Positions 53,121 to 61,408 are shown, numbered from the stretch's first letter. The stretch: DNA of 61,408 nucleotides from an uncultured virus (IMG/VR IMGVR_UViG_3300044729_003978) (IMGVR_UViG_3300044729_003978); one strand, 5' to 3'. The notes: generated by a model from the letters alone, not told the origin. Numbers and translations are program-made.

Positions 53121-53573
53121 TTAAACCTTGGATTCCACTTCGAACTCGACAGAAAAGAACTTGTCGTTAGCCTCGACAATCGAAAGCTTTGTAACGACAC
53201 CTAGTTTCATGAAATCTTCACCCACAGAGACAAACGGGCCTCCCTCTGGGTCAAAAAATGATGTCCAACCGTCATTGTCTACGCCAGCCCTAGAAGAGAT
53301 GGCGTTACCAGACATCGAGTAGAGACCAGGCTTCTCTTTCCTTATGATTCTCTCCTGTCCGTATCGGGAAAGAACCCTAAACGAATCGCTGTCTGACTTG
53401 GGCTTCGAAGTGAAGTCCTTTTTGAGTTCCCAGACAGAAAGAACCTGGTAGTTAGGCAGCTTTGCCCGCTCCATGTTTGTCTTCAGCATTGCGACAGCCT
53501 CGATGTATGAGCCTGCCGAGAATGTTTCGTGAAGATCGTCACCGTCGAGATTGTAAACAACTAGGTAGTTCAT
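53121..53573 (-). CDS. hypothetical protein
   Basis: DPEGGPFVSVG motif; ATGA coupling. Confidence 0.6.
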   Translation of the reverse strand: MNYLVVYNLDGDDLHETFSAGSYIEAVAMLKTNMERAKLPNYQVLSVWELKKDFTSKPKSDSDSFRVLSRYGQERIIRKEKPGLYSMSGNAISSRAGVDNDGWTSFFDPEGGPFVSVGEDFMKLGVVTKLSIVEANDKFFSVEFEVESKV

Positions 53574-53782
53574 CGTGCCCTTTCGTTGAGCCTGATAGCT
53601 CTGCGGAGATTTTCTTTGTTACTAGGATCTACGGCCACACACTCTCCGCCTGTCTTGTGACCGAAATCCATGAAGCCTACCACCCTCTGAACAGACGAAC
53701 ACTTGACACACTCCTCCGTATTCGGAAGAATCGCAAGCCTTTCTACGGGGATGGGTTGTGAGCATTTTGTGCAGCGCTTCAT
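53570..53782 (-). CDS. TraR/DksA-type C4 zinc-finger protein
   Basis: CTKCSQPIPVERLAILPNTEECVKC. Confidence 0.8.
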   Translation of the reverse strand: MKRCTKCSQPIPVERLAILPNTEECVKCSSVQRVVGFMDFGHKTGGECVAVDPSNKENLRRAIRLNERAR

Positions 53783-54031
53783 TCAGTCCCCCGAGTCAAC
53801 CTCATATACGAAGTGAACGGCGAATGTAGCGCCAATCGGCTGCACCTTCCACTTTGTATCTCCACAGTTTCCTCGTGAGCGGACTGCGTCAGTTGTTGAG
53901 AACTTTTCGGCCCAACTCTCCACATCGCCCCTAGAAGGGGCGGCAACAACGAAGATCTTGTTGTAAGAGTGGAAACAGTTTCCAAGTCTCTTGTGCGTCC
54001 ACCGTTCTGGTTCTGAGATTACACTTACCAT
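53783..54031 (-). CDS. hypothetical protein
   Basis: AAGGAG SD before MVSVISE. Confidence 0.5.
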   Translation of the reverse strand: MVSVISEPERWTHKRLGNCFHSYNKIFVVAAPSRGDVESWAEKFSTTDAVRSRGNCGDTKWKVQPIGATFAVHFVYEVDSGD

Positions 54032-54070
54032 GGCTTCTCCTTGTTTGGTGTGCGTGCAGGAAAAAATCAG

Positions 54071-54088
54071 GGGCGGTCGCATCGCCCC
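54071..54088 (-). terminator. terminator hairpin (identical copy at 43433..43450)
   Basis: hairpin followed by CTGATTTTTT on the minus strand. Confidence 0.65.
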
Positions 54089-54109
54089 ACTTGTATGTTC
54101 AGCTATTGA

Positions 54110-54535
54110 TTAGCTGATGTGACCAGACTTCTTGAGAGCAGCAGTGTTGCGCTCGATGGCGCCCTTCTTGCTACCCGGGGCGAAGACCTCAGCGACAGCG
54201 TCGTCGCGGTGGATTCCTCCTTCGCCAGTCGTGCCGCGCGGGATGGAGCGCAGCGCGTTAGCGCGCTCCTCGATACGGTCGAGTCCAGCGAGAACTGCCG
54301 CCTTTGCGGACTCGATCATCACATGGAGCTGCTCCTTCGTCATTCCGCCGTTGAGAAGAGCCTCACCGAGCTTCTTGTTCAGGTCCGTCACGGCCTTGCT
54401 CGCAGCAGAGCGGTCGTTGCGGTGGCCCATGACAGTCTCGGTGATTGCCTTGGCCTGCTTCTTCGAAGCGTTTCCGATGCTGGCATCAACGGTGGTGGTG
54501 GCGACGGTCTCGACGGCGTTGTTGGTGTTGGACAT
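54110..54535 (-). CDS. Ala-rich hypothetical protein (paralog of 57354..57794)
   Basis: GTTGEGGIHRDD..EVF...ERNT.AL..SG.I; GC-rich codon usage. Confidence 0.75.
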   Translation of the reverse strand: MSNTNNAVETVATTTVDASIGNASKKQAKAITETVMGHRNDRSAASKAVTDLNKKLGEALLNGGMTKEQLHVMIESAKAAVLAGLDRIEERANALRSIPRGTTGEGGIHRDDAVAEVFAPGSKKGAIERNTAALKKSGHIS

Positions 54536-54625
54536 TTGATTTTCCTTTTCTGTCATTGCGAAAGTTTGAACGATGATCTTATATGTTGTGATCTTATCAG
54601 TTTTCAATCTTATTGTGACAGCGTG

Positions 54626-54916
54626 TTACGAGACCTTGAAGGTCTCGCCGTGGATGGTGACTTCCTGGATCGTGTCTGCGTTGATCATGCGGTAACCATT
54701 GTTCTGCATGTCGTAGACAGAGATCAGCCTGTGTTCCTCTGGGTCGAACTTGAGTTCGCCACCAGTGAGTCCCTTGAGAACTCGCCCCCGACAGTTCATG
54801 ACACGGAACTCTCCCGTTGTGCGCTTGTAAAAACGTACAGTGAAGATTCTGCCAGAACCCTTCGCGGCATTGATCTTGGCAACAGCCTCTTGGCGACTAA
54901 TGATCTTCTCACTCAC
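54626..54916 (-). CDS. WYL-like/SH3-fold phage protein
   Basis: IFTVRFYKRTTGEFRVMNCR...VYDMQNNGYRMIN. Confidence 0.7.
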   Translation of the reverse strand: MSEKIISRQEAVAKINAAKGSGRIFTVRFYKRTTGEFRVMNCRGRVLKGLTGGELKFDPEEHRLISVYDMQNNGYRMINADTIQEVTIHGETFKVS

Positions 54917-55215
54917 AGGATTCCGTCCTTTCTAAGATCGTCAAGGATTGCATCAGCGGCCTGTTCGGGAGGCAACGCTTCTACAACACGAATGTCGTAC
55001 TCGATGTTTTGAAGCTCATTCAGCATGCTTTCTTTATCAGAAAGAACGCCGTGGAGCTTTGTGCCTTTCGCTAGTGACTGCCTTACAGACAATAGCACAC
55101 TAACAGTTTCATCTAGTGTCATCGAACTCCTGCCAGGAGGCATAGACTTCCTAAGAAGGTTGAGGTAACACCAAACACTGTCAAGTAGCCGAATGTTCTT
55201 GATGTTGTCTTCCAT
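54913..55215 (-). CDS. hypothetical protein
   Basis: GGGAG SD; coupling. Confidence 0.55.
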   Translation of the reverse strand: MEDNIKNIRLLDSVWCYLNLLRKSMPPGRSSMTLDETVSVLLSVRQSLAKGTKLHGVLSDKESMLNELQNIEYDIRVVEALPPEQAADAILDDLRKDGIL

Positions 55216-55218
55216 GTT

Positions 55219-55548
55219 TTACTCCCTATGGCTGTGGAGCGACCACTCGCGCTCCTTGAGGATCTTGTCGTTGAGCATCGAGTCAATCGTGAACGGATTG
55301 GTCCTATGCCCATGTCTGGTGCAATATGCGTGAAGAATGATCTCCACATACATATCCTTGGGCAACCGAGTATTGCTGCGCTTGATTGCCCAAACGGCGA
55401 GCCTGAAATCTTCGTATGCTTCTGTCCAGGTTCCTGGCTCACTGAGAACCTCCGACAGCAGGCTGCAGGGCGTACCCACCCACTCACCGGGGTAGCGCTG
55501 TACTGGGGTCTTCCAATAGACCACCCTGAAAACCCTGAAATGTTGCAT
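55219..55548 (-). CDS. hypothetical protein
   Basis: tiles in the operon. Confidence 0.5.
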   Translation of the reverse strand: MQHFRVFRVVYWKTPVQRYPGEWVGTPCSLLSEVLSEPGTWTEAYEDFRLAVWAIKRSNTRLPKDMYVEIILHAYCTRHGHRTNPFTIDSMLNDKILKEREWSLHSHRE

Positions 55549-55567
55549 GTCTTTTCCTATCTGGGGA

Positions 55568-55951
55568 TTATCCCCTCTTGAGAATCTGAGCCAGTCTCGC
55601 CCGAACCGAACGCTTCGTTTCGGCAGCGAGCTGCTCCTGAGTGGTTTGCCAATCCTGAGAATCGCCCCTGTACTCGATCCTGAAGAAACAGGGAATCCTG
55701 CTGCCGTACTGGTCTGGCGTCTCCTGAACCCTGTCCAACCAGTGGTCGAGCAACTCGTGGTACTCCTTACGAGTCTTGGGAGGAATTCCAGACTTGGGGA
55801 TGTCGTGCATCACCTCCCAACCAAGTGGGATAGGAAGATCCCAACCCGGGGCTGGCCCAGTATGTGCCATATCAACTCTCAAAGTGAACGTTTCCATACT
55901 ACTCCTTTGATAAAGCCGCACAATTGCGGACTTTGGGGGCAAACGGCCCAC
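55568..55951 (-). CDS. hypothetical protein (likely start METFT)
   Basis: AAGGAG SD before METFTL. Confidence 0.5.
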   Translation of the reverse strand: MGRLPPKSAIVRLYQRSSMETFTLRVDMAHTGPAPGWDLPIPLGWEVMHDIPKSGIPPKTRKEYHELLDHWLDRVQETPDQYGSRIPCFFRIEYRGDSQDWQTTQEQLAAETKRSVRARLAQILKRG

Positions 55952-56005
55952 CTATTAAACCCCTGGTCGCATCAGGGGGTCCAAGGTTTGTCGTCTACTT
56001 ACCTT

Positions 56006-56503
56006 TTACTTCTTGTTGATGATACCAGAAAGGATCTCGCGAGCCTCCGTGATGGTCCAACTTGAGTGGTGCTCGAACTCTCCTCCATTCAACAAAGTCC
56101 GAATGTCCCTGACAAGATCCTGCGTGCTACCGCCCTTGCACAGCCACTCATCGTGCAATTCTTGCAGATAGAGCAGAAACTTGTGATTCTTAGTCCCTAC
56201 CTCCTCATAGAGAGAGTTTAGAACACCAACCCAGGCATTGTCGTACTGCGATTTCTCAAACATCGCTTCCATCGACAGCCTGCAATTGAAGAAGTTGTCA
56301 AAGAGCCGATCTTTCGTCAGATCGGAAATTGAGACTTTTGCAACGTTATCTGCCCACTCTGGAGAGACCAGGCAGCCGATTGCGCACATGCCTCCGTCTT
56401 CTGTCTTGTAAACACAGACCCTTTTAGTACTATCCCAACCTGTCTTGACGTCCGGCTGAGAGAAGTGGTTCATGACACGTTCGAGAATTTCTCGTTCCTT
56501 CAT
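56006..56503 (-). CDS. conserved phage hypothetical protein
   Basis: CVY...G.MCAIGCL...LQELHD pattern; AAGGAG SD. Confidence 0.65.
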   Translation of the reverse strand: MKEREILERVMNHFSQPDVKTGWDSTKRVCVYKTEDGGMCAIGCLVSPEWADNVAKVSISDLTKDRLFDNFFNCRLSMEAMFEKSQYDNAWVGVLNSLYEEVGTKNHKFLLYLQELHDEWLCKGGSTQDLVRDIRTLLNGGEFEHHSSWTITEAREILSGIINKK

Positions 56504-56632
56504 TGTGTTCTCCTTCTGAGTGAATGACCAAGGAGTTGACCACGCTGGCAACAACTCCGCAATACTTGACCATCAGATCCCCGTTATCCAGGATGTTATT
56601 CAGCTCTCTTATGAGCCTCGCTTCTTCTCTTG

Positions 56633-57013
56633 TCACCGATCTCCCTTGCTCTGCTTGTAGGCGTACTCTGCAGGAACTGGGGGCGCGTATTCACAGGTCC
56701 TGTCGTTGGCCAACCAATTGCTAGCCAACTTCTTTGTGAAATCCTTGAGATCACAGGCGCCCCACCTAAGGATCAAAGAGATCCAATGCACGATCGTTTC
56801 TTTGTCGTTGGTGGAGAGATCATCTTTTGTCTCAAGACTCTCAAGTAGAGCGTTCACAAGAACAACGTTACTAGCCAGATCATTCAGAGCGTTGAGATTT
56901 CGGATCTTAGAAAGAGTCTGCTCGCAAATGAGACGCTCCTCCTTATCTTCAGACCTGCTCAAAACACGCTCGAAATGCGCAGTCAATTGACTGCATGTGA
57001 GGAAAGCTGCCAT
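56633..57013 (-). CDS. hypothetical protein
   Basis: GGAGG SD. Confidence 0.55.
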   Translation of the reverse strand: MAAFLTCSQLTAHFERVLSRSEDKEERLICEQTLSKIRNLNALNDLASNVVLVNALLESLETKDDLSTNDKETIVHWISLILRWGACDLKDFTKKLASNWLANDRTCEYAPPVPAEYAYKQSKGDR

Positions 57014-57021
57014 AATACCTC

Positions 57022-57258
57022 CTAATTGTCAGGAAATTCCTTCTTGTCAGACCGATGGATCACACGAGCCACCGGACAACGCTGACCCTGGGGGACGTCC
57101 CTACCAGAGTCCCTGTTGAAATCCTTACACCATCGCTCCATTGCCACGCGTGTCCGTGCTGGCCTGATGTAGCGGTTGCCGTCCGGTCCAGGTCGAAAGA
57201 TCTCAACGATCCAGTCCTCGTCGTTGGTGATCACCTGAACATTGCTATCACGGCTCAT
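57022..57258 (-). CDS. hypothetical protein
   Basis: AAGGAG SD before MSRDS. Confidence 0.5.
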   Translation of the reverse strand: MSRDSNVQVITNDEDWIVEIFRPGPDGNRYIRPARTRVAMERWCKDFNRDSGRDVPQGQRCPVARVIHRSDKKEFPDN

Positions 57259-57298
57259 TGCTAACTCCTTCTGGGCTTTGCCCAAACCAATAAAGCCA

Positions 57299-57323
57299 GT
57301 GGGGGGAGAACGCCTCCCCCCAC
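57299..57323 (-). terminator. GC hairpin after the 57354..57794 gene
   Basis: GTGGGGGGAG/CTCCCCCCAC inverted repeat. Confidence 0.55.
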
Positions 57324-57353
57324 CAGCCTTAGTAACGATGCGGACTTTGAGTG

Positions 57354-57794
57354 TTAGGCGATGCGGCCCGACGCACGCAGAGCGCGAGTGTTGCGCTCCA
57401 CCGCAGCCGACTTCTTGTCGGTGGTGAACACCTCAACCACCACGTCGTCGCGGTGAATGCCACCAGGGCCAGTGGTCCCACGACCAATCTTGGCCAGATC
57501 GAGCGCGCGCTGGAGCTGCGCCTCGATGACCTCTGCCGCCGCCTTCTTGGCGCGTTCGGCAGCCGCCTTCAGGCGGTGGGCGTCATTGTCGTCCATCAGG
57601 ACGCCTGCGCAGTCAGCAGCGAAGGTCGTCATGACCTTGCTCGGCTGCGACTTGCCCTTGCGGAACCCCATGGCGATGTCCGCGAGAGCAGCAGCCTGCT
57701 GCTTGGTCGCGTTCTTCGGCTTGGAGGCCGCCTGGGCAGCGCCCAGGTTGACGGAGGCGGTGGTGGTCTCGACGGTCACGTTGTTGTTGCTCAT
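57354..57794 (-). CDS. Ala-rich hypothetical protein (paralog of 54110..54535)
   Basis: GTTGPGGIHRDD..EVF...ERNT.AL..SG.I; AAGGAG SD. Confidence 0.75.
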   Translation of the reverse strand: MSNNNVTVETTTASVNLGAAQAASKPKNATKQQAAALADIAMGFRKGKSQPSKVMTTFAADCAGVLMDDNDAHRLKAAAERAKKAAAEVIEAQLQRALDLAKIGRGTTGPGGIHRDDVVVEVFTTDKKSAAVERNTRALRASGRIA

Positions 57795-58096
57795 GGCAAC
57801 TCCTTCTGGGTCTTTCCCAGACTTGGAACCCTATCAACAGATAACTCGCCCATCGAAATTGTGGGCAGACAGCTCCTGTTGCGTCGGGAATGGGAGCGCT
57901 ACCCTTTCGGGTAGCACCCCCTGTCACTTGTTCACCTCCTTGAAACCACGAGGAAGGGGCGGATACGCGCAGCAGATCTGCACGCCCTCCCCACCCCACG
58001 CCACCGCCTCACTCTTGACCTTCTCGAAATCACCCCTGAACTCGCGGAACTCTCCGCTGTTGAGGTCCTGACACAGGACGATGTGCATGTGGTTCC

Positions 58097-58369
58097 TCAC
58101 TTCTTCTGAGGGAAGACGATGATGCTCGTGTCGGCCTCGATGATGTCCCAAATCACGAAACCGACGATCTGGACGTCAGACAGGCCAATGATGTCACGAC
58201 CACAAGCGGCATCAGCGCAGGACATCGCCAACGCGGCGACGTCCTTCACGAAGTTGAGGTCGTGGTTCATCGCCCAGAAATCGCGCTGAGCGAGCGTGGA
58301 CCCCTCGACCTGATCTCCGTTGTTGCGAGCGATGTACCGACACATTCCGCGAACGATGTACTTCTTCAT
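58097..58369 (-). CDS. hypothetical protein
   Basis: AAGGAG SD. Confidence 0.55.
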   Translation of the reverse strand: MKKYIVRGMCRYIARNNGDQVEGSTLAQRDFWAMNHDLNFVKDVAALAMSCADAACGRDIIGLSDVQIVGFVIWDIIEADTSIIVFPQKK

Positions 58370-58384
58370 GACATCTCCTTTTTT

Positions 58385-58681
58385 TCAGAGTTCCCGAACC
58401 AGACGACCGAGATGCTTCTGCACGTCCTCCACGTTGGAGTACGACCACGGAAGCCGTCCCCTGCTGCCCATCCCGCTGAGGTAGGACTGGAGGAACGCCG
58501 ACCACTGCTCTTCGGCCTGGAGCATGTGGCGACGCTTGTGGTTCTCACGGCACTTCTCCCACAGGACGAGCTGCACGAGAGTCGCCTCAAGGGCGTTGCG
58601 CTGCGTTTCGCTCGTTCCAGCAGCCCTCAGCAGGTTGTTGATCCCGATCCTGACGCTGTTGATGCTCTTGCTTTCCTTCAT
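58385..58681 (-). CDS. hypothetical protein
   Basis: AAGGAG SD before MKESK. Confidence 0.55.
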   Translation of the reverse strand: MKESKSINSVRIGINNLLRAAGTSETQRNALEATLVQLVLWEKCRENHKRRHMLQAEEQWSAFLQSYLSGMGSRGRLPWSYSNVEDVQKHLGRLVREL

Positions 58682-58693
58682 GGTATCTCCTTG

Positions 58694-58734
58694 AAAAAAT
58701 GAAGGGCGGGCCGCCAACGAGACGACCCGCCCTT
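58694..58734 (-). terminator. intrinsic terminator
   Basis: AAGGGCGGGTCG...CGGCCCGCCCTT stem followed by CATTTTTT on the minus strand. Confidence 0.65.
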
Positions 58735-58751
58735 GGTGTGGACTTTGCGGT

Positions 58752-59129
58752 TTAGTAGTCGATGTCGATCATGTCTGGCAGCGGGATGTACCACGTATCA
58801 TCCATCAGCCAGTACACGGGGATGCTGTACTCAGACCAGATGAGAACAGCCTCGTCTGGAGCGAAGCACCAATCCTCCCTCTTGTACTCCGCGAGAGAGC
58901 ACAGACGACGCATGGTCAGATCATTGTTGCTGACCCAGATCTCCACATCATGTGGAGTTTCGAGTACAGCCCTGAACAGCTTCAGCTGCCCAATTTGCGG
59001 CAGAACAACCAGCTGCAGACGCTTCTTCAGCGTGTTCTTCTGGCCGAAGACCTCGCAGCCAGCAGTCTGAGACCACCGCCACTCAGCCATCACGGCCTTC
59101 CAGTACATCTTCGCGATCTGAAGTTTCAT
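58752..59129 (-). CDS. hypothetical protein
   Basis: ATGA coupling. Confidence 0.55.
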   Translation of the reverse strand: MKLQIAKMYWKAVMAEWRWSQTAGCEVFGQKNTLKKRLQLVVLPQIGQLKLFRAVLETPHDVEIWVSNNDLTMRRLCSLAEYKREDWCFAPDEAVLIWSEYSIPVYWLMDDTWYIPLPDMIDIDY

Positions 59130-59254
59130 CGGCGGTTCCCCCTCTTCAGCGCAGGGCGGTCGCCCTGCTCAGCCTCTTCTGCCCACGAACCCATCGTGAG
59201 CCACAGGCACAGGACGAATCCCGCGCCAATCATGATCAAACCGAACTCGAACAT
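59126..59254 (-). CDS. small single-TM protein
   Basis: AAGGAG SD; MFEFGLIMIGAGFVLCLWLTMG. Confidence 0.5.
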   Translation of the reverse strand: MFEFGLIMIGAGFVLCLWLTMGSWAEEAEQGDRPALKRGNRR

Positions 59255-59271
59255 AGCAGTCTCCTTGTCTT

Positions 59272-59345
59272 CCTGTGATCCGCACAGGTACGGTTGCCTC
59301 GGAATGAGGCGAATCCCACGAGCGCCCGTTAGGGCGCGGGTGGGG
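59272..59345 (-). promoter_or_regulatory. structured 5' leader, copy 1
   Basis: three hairpins; homologous to 59722..59794 with compensatory changes. Confidence 0.6.
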
Positions 59346-59351
59346 CTTTGA

Positions 59352-59699
59352 TCACTCGGCGTACATGTTGTTGATGCGGTCGAAGTCCTCCAGCAACATG
59401 CTCCTGACCACCGCAACCCGGCGGGTCAGGTACTGCAGGCGATCCCAAAGGAACGCCTTCGCCTGCTGCTCATCATGGAACCCCTTGACGAAACTGACGT
59501 TGATCGCCAGATCGTCAAAGCCGCTCTCCCACGCCGCCCACATTCCAGACACGGCGTGTCGGGACAGGTACAGAGATGCCGAACGCTCGACCTCTCCGTA
59601 GAGAGTAACATCGACATCGACCCGCTCCCCCTGGACTTTCCAGTCCGTAGGCTGGTCCTTGTGGTCATGAATGACCCCGTCGTTGATCCTACCGACCAT
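59352..59699 (-). CDS. hypothetical protein
   Basis: AAGGAG SD before MVGRIN. Confidence 0.55.
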   Translation of the reverse strand: MVGRINDGVIHDHKDQPTDWKVQGERVDVDVTLYGEVERSASLYLSRHAVSGMWAAWESGFDDLAINVSFVKGFHDEQQAKAFLWDRLQYLTRRVAVVRSMLLEDFDRINNMYAE

Positions 59700-59721
59700 C
59701 TGACACTCCTTTCTAGGAGTT

Positions 59722-59794
59722 CTCGTGAACTGCACGAGTCAGTGCGTCTCGGAATGAGACAAACCCGCTGCAACCAGTTAAGGCTACAGCGGGT
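59722..59794 (-). promoter_or_regulatory. structured 5' leader, copy 2
   Basis: three hairpins; homologous to 59272..59345. Confidence 0.6.
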
Positions 59795-59820
59795 GAGGAG
59801 TTTGAGGTTTAACCCAAGCG

Positions 59821-60348
59821 TTAGCTCAGGTCCATCAGCCAGTTGATGGTGACGATGAACGCGTCACCAACAATCTTGCCCGACACCTGACGGCGGTCGA
59901 TGTAGTTCTTCCGCCAATCCGTGATCTTTGCTGACCACGCAGCATCAATCAACTCGGCAGAAGTCGTCATCGCCGCAGGCACGGCAATAACAACCTCGAT
60001 GTCCTCGAACCCGCGCCCCGAGTAGTCCTGCCAGGACCGCTCTGAGACGCGCACCCATGCCGTGCAGCTGCGTCCATCGGCAAACCGCACCATCTCGTAA
60101 TCCCTCTGCATGCGGAGAAGGAGCAGCCCGTCCCGAACAGGGGGCAGATCGGGGCCGGTCACAGGCTCCCAATTCTCCATCCCGTCCGCCGTCACCGACT
60201 GGATCTCAGCCCAATCGGCGTCGTCCTTGAACTTCCGACGAGCCTCGTTCTCGTCGGCAGCCCACACTGGTTCCACACCGACCCCTTCGTCCTTCGCCAT
60301 CACATTGATGTACGTGATGGTGTACAGCTTGCGGTTCTTCCACTTCAT
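59821..60348 (-). CDS. hypothetical protein
   Basis: AGGT SD; GC-rich codon pattern. Confidence 0.6.
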   Translation of the reverse strand: MKWKNRKLYTITYINVMAKDEGVGVEPVWAADENEARRKFKDDADWAEIQSVTADGMENWEPVTGPDLPPVRDGLLLLRMQRDYEMVRFADGRSCTAWVRVSERSWQDYSGRGFEDIEVVIAVPAAMTTSAELIDAAWSAKITDWRKNYIDRRQVSGKIVGDAFIVTINWLMDLS

Positions 60349-60389
60349 GTCATTTTACCTTTCTGAGGACTAGAGTCCTCGTGCGGACT

Positions 60390-60935
60390 TTAGCGGACGG
60401 CGTTGCCGAGCCGTGCCGCCATTTCGCCGAATGCCTGCTGCAGAGAGATCTGCTGCAGGGTTGCGATGCGCCTACCTTCCGCGGTAGCCTCGCGCTGAGC
60501 CTCTGCGGCAGCCGACCGCAGAGCGTTGTTGAACTGCTTGGCGAGCAGCTCGCGCTGCTCAGTGTCCTTGCGCTTGGCTGCAGCTGCAACCTTGGCGGCC
60601 TTGCCGGGGCGCAGGTCGGCAGGCTTGGCGGGCTTGTTAGCCGCAACCATTGCCTTCCACCCCTTGGGGCGGCGGGTTCCGTCCAACCTGATACCCTGCT
60701 CGGGCTGAGTCACACGGTGACCCAGGCCGATGACCCGCCGCTCAAGCCCCACGGCGGGGATGCGGTTGCCGCCCACGCGGTCTCGCTCGAAGCCGTGGCT
60801 GTGGCCACGGACACCACCCGACTGCGCTCGCAGCCGGATGTTCATCTTCGGCATACGCGGCTGCCGAAGAACGCCGCTGTCGGTGATGTACGCTGTGCGT
60901 ACCTCACCTATGATCGTCGGATATCCGTTACTCAC
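60390..60935 (-). CDS. basic, Ala-rich hypothetical protein
   Basis: GGAGG SD; overlaps the upstream stop. Confidence 0.55.
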   Translation of the reverse strand: MSNGYPTIIGEVRTAYITDSGVLRQPRMPKMNIRLRAQSGGVRGHSHGFERDRVGGNRIPAVGLERRVIGLGHRVTQPEQGIRLDGTRRPKGWKAMVAANKPAKPADLRPGKAAKVAAAAKRKDTEQRELLAKQFNNALRSAAAEAQREATAEGRRIATLQQISLQQAFGEMAARLGNAVR

Positions 60936-61173
60936 GAATCACCTCCTGGATGACTTCACCCATCCCCTTCACCTGTCCGATGAAGTCTTCGAATTCTTGC
61001 TCGTCGAGCGTACCGCACATGTAGTTGTCCTCTCCATCCTCGCTAATCAGGTAGGAGAATACCTCGTATCCAACACCACCAGCGTGCCCCTCGCAGGGCT
61101 TGATAACAACCTTAAAAGTATCAACATCGATGATGTTGCCGACATTTGTCCGAACCGTCAACTTGCTGATCAT
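60928..61173 (-). CDS. hypothetical protein
   Basis: likely start MISKLTV. Confidence 0.5.
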   Translation of the reverse strand: MISKLTVRTNVGNIIDVDTFKVVIKPCEGHAGGVGYEVFSYLISEDGEDNYMCGTLDEQEFEDFIGQVKGMGEVIQEVIRE

Positions 61174-61408
61174 TTTGATCTGCCTTTCTGCGGACTTTCG
61201 ACCGCGGTTGAATGTCAAAGCCCCCACACAACCTTTCGGATGTGCAGGGGGAAAGCGCGAGCGGCGGATTTCTCCGCCGCCCGCGGGTTATGCGGTTTCG
61301 AGCATTACTCGGCGCTTGGCTTGCGCACGCTCACCTGAGAATCGTCCAGACTTACCCCACTCAGGGAGCGTAATTTCAGTGCAAGTCCCTTATCCGGCCA
61401 CGATGCGT

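Noticed and set aside
54119..61338. Long plus-strand ORFs (54119..55012, 57351..57914, 57457..58071, 60381..60953, 60730..61338)
   Set aside because: They are antisense shadows of GC-rich minus-strand genes that have SDs and paralogs.
1..61408. CRISPR array / cas genes
   Set aside because: No regularly spaced repeat-spacer units and no Cas motifs seen.
1..61408. Stop-codon reassignment
   Set aside because: Conserved genes are full length in the standard code and end in TAA, TAG or TGA with tight coupling; no clean suppressor tRNA is present.

Overview
This 61.4-kb window reads as part of a large tailed dsDNA phage genome. Nearly all real genes lie on the minus strand and are tightly packed, often with ATGA overlaps. 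Transcription runs right to left through four zones. (1) A GC-rich early region of small hypothetical and paralogous genes (~47-61 kb). (2) rIIA/rIIB, DUF932, a short DNA methylase, a Gp88-like protein and a deaminase. (3) A tRNA/ncRNA cluster (34.4-35.5 kb) and a tail-fibre module (25.7-31.4 kb). (4) An AT-rich nucleotide-metabolism and replication block (uvsE, thyX, glycosyl/methyltransferases, class II RNR, dUTPase, RecA, DnaB, DnaG, dNMP kinase). Four sigma-70-family genes are present. A dockerin-like C-terminal domain and a GxCC Cys repeat suggest a Planctomycetota (Phycisphaerae-like) host; this is inference. The signals that most deserve follow-up are non-coding. A GTGTAT motif sits exactly 8 nt before four start codons and 17 nt before two more, including both lone plus-strand genes, which suggests a phage leaderless late promoter. 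The tRNA array is interleaved with non-canonical tRNA-like RNAs and a duplicated, covarying pseudoknot. A duplicated three-hairpin leader with covariation lies at ~59.3 and ~59.7 kb. The 3' end of a tRNA-Arg appears to supply the ribosome-binding site of a sigma gene. All calls come from visual motif recognition; no searches were run.
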